From contig OZ316776.1 in assembly GCA_973851085.1 (NCBI GenBank), forward strand, positions 8,432,001 through 8,496,000: DNA of 64,000 bases, written 5' to 3'. Below the pieces are notes generated by a model that worked only from the letters and a program-made list of their open reading frames with translations, was not told where the DNA came from and did no database searches. A program made the translations under genes and the position numbers. Within the stretch, counting starts at the first letter, position 1; the number at the start of each line of letters is the position of its first letter. This document shows positions 54,456 to 64,000 of this stretch, one piece after another. This DNA is from Ptychomitrium polyphyllum. Lineage: Eukaryota.

Positions 54456-56239
54456 AAACTGCACAATGAAGTAACATAGTAAAGTTCAAGTTGTAAAATT
54501 GACCAGTGATATGTACACCATTGGCTATGGTTGCACAATGAGTTGATCTTGTAAAATCCAAATTCTATGAAACCTTAATTTCATTATATAGGCATTCTTT
54601 CAATTAATTGAAGATAATATACAAAAATTATTATAAATCTCATAAATATATTGCTATATAATATTTGTTTTCTATAGAACTTAATTTAATGTTTATTGCT
54701 TTAAATGTTACAATATCTAATAATAATAATAAACCAATAATTACAAATTTTTAGAAATTGAACAAATCTAAACAAGATTACACAACATTTGTTTCAAACC
54801 TTCAGAGGCCATAACAATATTATTACATCAATTGATTATATTTATAGAAATAAAAGTTCAAGATGGAATGAGAGCAAATGTAAAGTCCCTAAAGAAAAAT
54901 AATTCTCACCACATAAGGATTTGATGTTGAAAATAAATTTGACATGAATCAATTGTGCCTCTAGCAAAAGATGACCATGGAATGATAACACACTATGATA
55001 AAAGCAATTTTGATAATCAGAAAATAACACAATGATTCAATGTTTAGCATGGATCATTTCTTCAATGAAATGAAGTTTATTCCCAATCTATCATCTTCAA
55101 GCATTTCCATGCATGGACAGTTTGTGGGTGAAATTTGTTGTGATTATTTGTAACAGGACACTCTAAATGTGGTCAGCAGGGGTTGCAGTGATTATCAATA
55201 CCCCTTCTCCCTTTCTATTCATCGTCCTTGCATACAGAATTAGCTGACAGTAGCGACACAGAGCTCTCGCCCTCCACCTTCACCGTTTTGGGATACCAGG
55301 GTAATGGGGCATGGTGCACTAAATATTCTTCAAGGTTCGAGTCAAGTTGTGGTGGCACGATAATACACATGAGGGTTGATTTAACGGATGCTGAGGCAAG
55401 TGCACACGGCAAACAACTCAGAAAAACTCAGGAAACAAAGCAATACAAACAAGGAGATACATTCAGAATAAACATACACTCGGTCTAAACTGCATCTCAC
55501 TTTACTCAAAATATTGTTGCCACCAGACACAGCCGCTTGCAGCAAAATTAAACATAGAACAAAAGAGGTGAAAACCACGATATCAAGCCTTCGTGCGACA
55601 TCTAGAAAACACTGATCTCCATATAGTAGCACAGCCTTCCTGTGATATTAGAATAAAGTTCTCTACTAAACCCCTTTAGCCCACCACCTGTCCTCCTGAG
55701 GTACCCAATATGCACAGCCTCGTCTCAACTCGGCTGCGGATAGTCGTGTCCTTCGCACAAGGACCCTGTCAATTTTCCTGTTGTCATGTTAGTCTCCCAG
55801 AAAAACTAATGGTATGAGAACTAACAGATCCTATTTGTGAATGCAGAGCACTCTTTCAACAGGTGCTGACTGTGCGCTTCTCTTTGCACTAATCTTGGTC
55901 CGCTATCTGTAGCAACTCGTGGTACTGTACTTCGCATAGTAGAATCTCATGCTTGCATCGGTGTGATCAAACCGGTGCTTCAGATAGCGGATCCAACGGG
56001 ATAGATCGCTAGTTTGAAATCAAACAAAGCAGCCTGGTACAATCTGGTCAGCCTTCATGTCGATCAGAAAGACCTAGAAACCCAGTAGTCTCCAGATGAA
56101 CGCATATTAGCTTGTAGCAGCTTAATTATGGAGTACCATACCGTTAACCGAAGCATGTTTAATGAAAGAAAGCCGTCAATTCTTGCAGGATCTATTCCAT
56201 TCAGGCCTCAGGCATTAAAATCATGGGCTTCGTCATCAA

Positions 56240-59200
56240 TCACCATGTGGTTATAGAAGTCGAACGAGGCGCTGGCTTGTTAGGATCAGTCACACCGAGG
56301 CCTAAAAACGCTGGTCTTTCGGGATCTACACTAGGGACATCAGCATCCCCAGACAAAAATGCGACCACCTTCGCCATGGGTGGTCGGGAAGAAGCATCTC
56401 CCTGCGAGCAAAGAAGCGCCACCTTGATGAGCAAGAGAGCTTGCTCCGAGTCACACCCTTCTCTCACTTTTGGATCCACAAGCTCCATAACTCGTCTCTG
56501 TTCATATAGGTTCCATGCCTGCACAACAATCATCCACCAGTGCTCGGTTGATGAAACAATGTAAAAATGAAAGACTGGATTCTTACTGCTACACCATAAG
56601 CTCCGGCGTGACTATTAGAGACTGCGTGAGTGAGTGACAACGTACAACGTGCGACCTTAGAATGCGGAATTAAATGAGGCTTACCCATGCGAGGAGGTAT
56701 TGCTCCTCCGCAGGAAGTTCTGAGTTCATACTTTCCCGGCCAGACACGAGCTCCAGAACTATGATTCCAAAGCTAAAGACGTCCGCTTTCGCTGTGAGCT
56801 GACCATGCAGAGCAAACTCAGGTGCCACGTAGCCCCTACATGCCCAAAAAAGGTCTCAGAAAACATCGTTTGAGAATATCTGTAGGCTTCAACAACTGTC
56901 TGGAGAAACTCCTGCTATTTGTGAGACTCAAACCGAGAAGAACTCTCACCTCTTTCCTTCAATACGTGTAAGCACTTTCCGTTCATTGTTCTGGCACATT
57001 CTCGCCAGACCAAAATCTGCAATCTTCGGTTCCAGGTTTTTGTCCAACAGAACGTTGTTCGCTTTAACATCTCCATGGGCAAGGCGTTGTGGACCTCTAG
57101 AATGGAGGAATGAGAGTCCCTTCGCTAGGCCAAGAGCAATATTGTATCGGAACGGCCACTCCAACAACATCTCCCTACCTGGGTCCGTACAAAACAATGT
57201 TGTTACAGTAAGTTAAGGAATAAAGCTACATTCTATATTACATTCCAATTCACAAGAATCATTGCTTAGAAAGAAATGGTACACATATGCAGCACTACCA
57301 ATTTGGATAGAAAATTCGGTTCCAAGACTAACCAAACAATGCTTGAGCGAGATATTTGTTTTCTACATATTCATAGACGAGCAGCCGGTTGTTTCCACTG
57401 ATCGCACAGCCACGAAGTTTTACAAGATTCTTATGATCAAGGGCAGAAATTAGTTGAACTTCGTTAAGAAATTCTTGATTGCCCTGCTTAATATTTGATG
57501 GCAGCTCCTTAACTGCAACTTCACTACCATCCCGCAGGATGCCCTGCCAACAAAGAGCAGCATGTTAAGGAGGAGCACCAATACACCTCGAAAGAATATT
57601 CTAAGCAAAAAGATGATATCACAAGGATCGCAGAAAAAGATTTTGAACTACAAATGTACCTTGTAAACTGCACCAAAGGCTCCTTCACCAATTTTGTTCC
57701 CTCTGTTGAAATTCCTCGTCGTGTATATCAGCTCATCGAAAGGAAAGAGGCAACTTGGATAATCTTCAAGATTGAGGTCCAATATTCCTGTGAACAATCA
57801 GGTATTGAACATGGATAAATCAGTCAAACTGGAACATATTGAGTACCAGGAGATACCAAATAACTGCAAATCTAGTCCCAAGCATATATATGCAGGTATT
57901 ACCTGACGCATGATCAATATTAGGAGGTCTTGGTCTTCTTCTTTTATGCTTGATGAAGCATACCAAAAGGCTTGATAACGTCACCATAGCAACGAATCCC
58001 CCAATGACCCCGGCAATAATTGATACAAAACGATGGTTGGTTTTCTTGGCTGAACTTCCTGAACGAGAATCGTCAATGTGTAAGTTCTTAGCATTACACG
58101 TCTCCACACCTGTGCTTCTTTTCGGATTCAAAACTAAGTGACACAATATATATCAAAATGACAAATTCTCTTTACCTGAAATCAATGGAGTCGTCTGGAG
58201 ATTGGATGATACAAGCCCATACGGATTGTAGCCTAGAAGTCTGATGGTCTTATTCACTATTTGCGACTCTATATATGCAATCTGAGACTTATCCCACTGC
58301 TGTGTTGATATTGCAGGATAGAAAAGGATCTTCGCAAAAACCTTCAATTCACTACTATCCTCGTATATAGCATGCTCTATCCACAAATCTTCGACAGGCA
58401 CACTCAGTTCTGAAGCCAGCTCTCTTCTCAAATGGCCAATTCTTGCCCCTTCAAGCCCATATGTTGAAGACCAACCAAAGAACATGTCACAAATGTAAGG
58501 ATATGAACACTTGCAAGTAGCGGGATGGGCAATGGAGTTGTGGTCACAAATGGAGGTACAAGACGATTGTTGTTGCCATGTATCTGCTTTCAGTATGGCG
58601 CCAGAGTATTGGCATATATCAGCGAAAGGAAAAGACTGGTTCTGACAAACAGGATTGCCGCCTAGCCTGCACAAAATCATAAGAATAGAAATTCAGAGTC
58701 AGATCCAATCCTTTCCACTAACAGGCCCCTTTACCATAACATATCTTAAACGGGCCATCATATGTATATTTACAACTAAAACTTAACCCGCAATCTCAAA
58801 GTAATTAACCGCAGTACATCTTCTTCCTGATTCAGGTTCACATTGAATCATATCAAAATCTGAAGAAAAATAATGCCTGGGCATGGAACTGAAATAAATA
58901 AACGAAAAAACAATTAAACGAATAATAAGCGAAGCACATACTTTGGATCAATAAACGGGTTTGGTAGATTGGCCACAATAGAGATATTATTCTTGATCAA
59001 AAACACATTCACATGCCCAGATGCTCGCACACTGCCATTGAGAACTCCAGTGAACTGGTTGAAACTTAAATTTCTGAAAAAACATGACCTTGAGAATTAG
59101 AATCTTGAAAGACAATAAGCAATCACATGAACTTACAGACTACTTCCAGCGATCCTGTAAACACATCTCCATACAAAATGTACACTACAGGCGTCTAGGT

Positions 59201-62200
59201 ATAATTCAACCTTTAGCTGGTGCATGCAACCACAAGACATCTGCAGTAAAGAAACACAATACAGGTCTATCCAGCTGCCCATAACAGTACTTAGTTTGTA
59301 AGAAAAAATGAAGCCACCTTGCACCATCAAGTACCTTAGTAGCTTCCACTTCTTGAGGCTCTACTGTAAACAAAAGTTTCTCCTAAACTTAAAAAATTTG
59401 AAGAACTTTGCATGTACGATTCACGACATCTGACCGAATCTAAAATAAAGGGATTGCTCGGAGAGAACGACCACTACTTACAATTTGTTGATCAATGGGA
59501 GTTTCAGAAGAAATTCCGGAAGAGGTCCACCAAATGAGTTGGCACTCAAATCACTGCAGGAGAAACAGAACCTCCAATGTCAGCAATTGATCAAGCAACT
59601 CGATGGAAAAATGAAATAACCAGCTATTCAGCTAAAGATAACACAAAAAAGCACAACAAAGCGAAGGCACGTAAAAAAATTTCCAGAAGCCTTTAAGAAA
59701 TGTGTGCAGGCATGTCTTATGCACGACTACATTCTACGTTCTTTACGTATTACACCTGCAAAACCAAGTTGAAATAGCTGAACACAAACAACAAGACAAC
59801 GGTGATTCAGTAATTCTGAGGATGGGTTCCATATTTACATCAGGCCAATATCCGTAAGATTGTCAAGTCCGTAATTTTGTCCATTTGACATGGCACATGA
59901 TAAGCACCCATAGAATTGATTTCCTCGAAGTAGCAATGTTGTTAACCTCTGCAGCTGGCCTAAAGAAGAGGGTATCTCCCCGCCCAGGTTGTTCTTTTTC
60001 AGCTCCCTGTACTCCCACCGCAAAAAGATGCTTAGACTAACAATATCATCATACACTACCTTCAACTTCCACGGTCACTTCGTTGAAACATCGGAGAAAT
60101 CATAACAAATTTCTGCTCAAGTGACCCACTTCTGATCGAGATACACTACTCTAGTGACACAACGTGGGCAGCCTCTGCACAGCCGTGTTTTTCCACGCTG
60201 CAAAGATGATCAGCACAAGCCTCGACGGTATGCTGAAGGCAAATGTGTGCACTCACAAGATCATCAACGACGTCAGGTTATTCAGTCCAACCGGAAACCC
60301 ACTTGGCGAGGACACGGGTATGGTGCCAGTGAGGTTATTCCTCCCCAAAGAGAGCTCAAATGCTTGCGACAGGTAACCCAGGGTGTGAGGAATTTCCCCG
60401 GTCAACTGGTTCCTCTTCAAATATCTGACTCGCCAAAAAACCCGATCAATTTTTTCGTCAGTGTACCAAGTTTGGATCACAAGTAGCAAACAGTCACTGC
60501 AAACCATGGATATGTTCTGGAAGGGGATCAGAAGTGCAGAACGAGCATACTGTACAGACATACCACCATCAAAACGACTGTAGCTACAAACCAGTCACAC
60601 ATGTTCATACGATTTGAACTGCAGTAGAAAGGAACAAAAGCACTAGTGCAAAAACGAAAGGTTCATATGATGGACTCACATATAGCTAGCATTCCTTAAA
60701 CTTCCCAAGCTCGCTGGTATGCTACCAGAGAAGCTACAATTAGTTAAGTCCCTGCAAGAGGTACACAAGTAAATCTCTAAAGCTCAGCCTTGTCCTCAGG
60801 TAGGAATTATATTTTGTTAAATGTCAGAAAATTGATCACGATTGAACAATTTTCTTACTATCCGATCAGGATATTCTGAATTTAACTACATTTGACGAAG
60901 AAATTTAATTACTGGTAGGTCTGACACATTCTAGTCACACCTACCATAAGTCAAATACTCACAATGCAGACAGTTGATTGAGGTTTCCAATCTCCTCTGG
61001 AATTGGTCCACTAAGCCCAAGATTGCACGCTAGGTTTCTGCAAAAAGAACACCCATGTTACAAAATACAATGTGATCATGATGATGCCATTTCAATAAAT
61101 TTAAGTAAAATGGTTGAAGAATTGAACAAGGTGAAGAAGGAAGACATTCTCTAAACTCTAAAATATTTTGATATCTGATTAAGCATTATTTCCAATTCAC
61201 TTCGCCAGTACAATGCTCAAGCGCCAATTTTTAGTGCAAACTCCTAATTGATATAGAATATTTACTACAGAGAACATGGCCATAAGGAGAAACGCTTTAT
61301 TGAGAGTTCAGGTACCAGAGGAAGAACACTTACAGATACACTAGGTTCTGAAGTTTGCCAATCGATGAAGACAAAGTTCCTATGATTCCGTACCCGTCCA
61401 ACCTCCTTCAAAACATAAGCAAGACGACCCACATCAGCCCTAGCGAAATTTCCTGCAAGTTTACCCACTACTAGTGACGTTTTATCCTTAGAATATAAGA
61501 TATGTAGACCTCTAGACCATCAGAAATTGTGTAAATAAAATACAAGATGCTTAATCACTCTAAATTAACCAACACATAATTATGCCGACAATCAGAGAGC
61601 TCTTCCAATTTCTTGGTTAAACCATAGAAAGATTACTTCTAGTTGAGGAATCTTCGCTTGTCGCAAAATCTGCCGCAGCGCAAAGAACCGCAAGGAGCTC
61701 AAGAGAAAGATAATGACGATAGCACACACTACAGAAGACGGGCTTACAGTGAAATGACAGACTCGTGGAAGCAAGCCACGCCTATCCACTGATTCCAGCA
61801 CGGATCAGACCCCCAGGTCCAATTCGCAGCTAACCCTGGAGTCGCATTCCACCCTTGTCGGAGTTCGTGTAAGGCGTTCACTGCAATCAAATAAGTACGA
61901 AGATCCATTACAAACCCTCTGTAGACATGGCTGCTGTAAGAAGGTGAAGAGTATGACCCAGAAACACAATCGGAACTCACCCCCAGCAAGATCTCACCGT
62001 CGTGCCGCAACCCCACATTCTCTCTTAACCCTAGAGATCCACCAACACCCTAAACACCTAAACACCTCGACATTCAACTCGAGGCTTTCGATGAAATTAA
62101 ATAGCAGCAACCCTAGGGAAGGGTAGCAACCTACAATGTGCATGCTAGAGTAAGGTCGTACCTTCTGTCCCTCTAATAAATTCAAACCGGGAGCACTGTA

Positions 62201-63038
62201 GAAAGTAGCCCCTAAAAGTCCGCAATACTTCGTAAAAATCAGAATAAATGAATTTCTGAATTCAGAAAATCATTTCTTTTCATAGCCCGCTACTTCCATT
62301 GTGCCGTTAACTCTGCGGCTTTCACCCACAATTCAGGACTTGTTTCTGGAGGTAGAGATCATGGAACGATAACAGCAAAACACTAGAAACCCATACCAAG
62401 CTCGAATTGGAAGTTCGAGTCATGAATAAAATAATTGAAAATTTCTGCTCACGAGAGAAAATATAATTTTGATTTGAGGATCGTGAGTGACAATGATGGA
62501 GCTCAATGACCTCCATAAGCAAGCCAAAATGTCATCCTCCTCTAACCAAACAGGACAGGAGTTCCGCAATCGCGATAAAATGCGGCACGAAGCTAGTTCT
62601 CTGCTTGCCACACCTCGACCAAGCTTCTTTAAACAACAATGCATACGTCTAAGGTTCGCGGCTTCGGATTTTTCACATCATTCACATTGAGGATATTAAC
62701 AACATTATGTTAAGGCACCACGATTCTTCCACTTCCGCAATGGAGCGGCAAGGGAAGAACTGGAAAAGTTAGAATTCTCTCGTCCCTGATGTCGGCACAG
62801 AATGTTCCGGATGCATAGCCCCAGTTCCATAGTGCTGCTCATTGACTTGAAGGGCTGTCTACGGTTGGGAAGACCTATTCACAGAATTCCAAGAAGGAGC
62901 AGAGTACATACCGTCAGACCACAAAGTGACAGCGGAGGCAGACGGCAGAAGGGGCTCAGAAACAGAAAAGAGAAACAAACAGAGGATGACGAAGCCTAGC
63001 ATACGCCGAGTCTCGTTGAGCCTGGGATCCCAGGCCAT
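56240..63038 (-). CDS. Leucine-rich-repeat receptor-like kinase (LRR-VIII-like ectodomain), non-RD kinase; about 15 exons
   Basis: Signal peptide exon 63038-62912. [23 protein letters not shown] (61880-61748). LRR exons at ~61037, 60751, 60424, 60007, 59553 and 59073. Cys-rich LGGNPVC...CKCSYPY exon 58666-58176. TM exon 58058-57903. Kinase motifs [68 protein letters not shown]. Confidence 0.93.
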
Positions 63039-64000
63039 GGCAGCAACCCCCAGCTGCTCTGATTCTACTATTCCTAAGCTCCATTCTGCATCACTGCCAT
63101 TGTTGCTCAGTCTCACTCATCTTCAATCGCCTCATAATCATGATGCCCTTTGCTCCCTCTCTCAGAAATGACCCAAAGATCTCCGCCAACTTAACGAAGA
63201 TCATGCATCAATCCATGTCATTTAGTGACTCTAGTTTCTGTGTTATTCTTTTCGGGGAGCAGAAAGAAGAGATCATCCCATCGCAGAAGACAGGGAGACA
63301 GGCTCGAAGTTTCACTTGAGCGTGACAATATCCCTGGTTCGAGAACCTTTTCAGGATCCACAGGTGCTCATAATTCTCGCCGCTCTCAGTCCTCGATCTC
63401 TCCTTCTTACTTTCGTGGGAAAAAACAAACCACCATCAAGGCCCTGGCCCCTAAAATCCAAATCTCAAAAGCTGATTTCCGAGCTGCAAAAATACCCCTC
63501 ATGATCCCTTTACCTATTCGCGACATTGACATTCTCCTGCAACAACCCACCGGCCACAACCAGAAGTACTCGAAGCAAACACGCTCCTATGAACCGCAGA
63601 CAGCTCCTAGTTTTTCTCCTTGAACGGTACGTGAAAAGAATTAGGTGGAATCGAATAGAGCACAAGGAGCCGGCATGCCTTGCAGCTAACTAACTCGGAG
63701 CCGAGAAGAAGGAGGCGCAGGATCGGTAGCCATCAACGAAAAGGGAGGAACCAACAAAGCACTCCATGTCAACACCACCATTCCTGACTTGTAACAGAGA
63801 CATCTATTCTGGCACTGAGCCTAGGAGATTGGCAATATGTGACTTTGTGGTTTGTATTAGGTGAATTGACTCGCTAAAGCTTTTAGGATCTTACCAAAAT
63901 ACCATTCCTTATATCTGAGTAGGTTCTATTTCGAACATAATATTCCTCATTCCCATCCACATGCTCAAAAGCTGGGATTCTATAAAAATTCTGAAAGTCC

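Noticed and set aside
55215..55412. Exon-like minus-strand ORF downstream of the RLK
   Set aside because: The RLK already terminates at 56240; no linking donor or homology identified

Overview
Eukaryotic, intron-rich land-plant genomic DNA. The protein styles and gene content suggest a moss or other bryophyte; this is an inference and the species is not determined. In order, the window holds: the 3' part of a plant multi-pass membrane protein gene; an LPA3/DUF1995-type chloroplast protein gene with two tandem hairpins in intron 1; AT-rich intergenic blocks; POP1 (RNase MRP/P subunit); a candidate 46-aa Cys/Asp-rich microprotein gene with a 12-nt microexon, head-to-head with PIG-M; an ER-type P2A Ca2+-ATPase; a decayed 2OG-Fe(II) dioxygenase pseudogene; a divergently arranged four-member cluster of double-B3 (REM-like) genes, three intact and one pseudogene, with a possible PPR relic in its centre; an intronless DREB-type AP2/ERF gene; a SINA-like RING E3 ligase; a repeat- and G-rich block; and a 15-exon LRR receptor-like kinase with a non-RD (HGD) catalytic loop. 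No rRNA, tRNA, CRISPR or autonomous transposon could be supported. Exon boundaries were read by eye from GT-AG sites and reading frames and may be off by a few bases.
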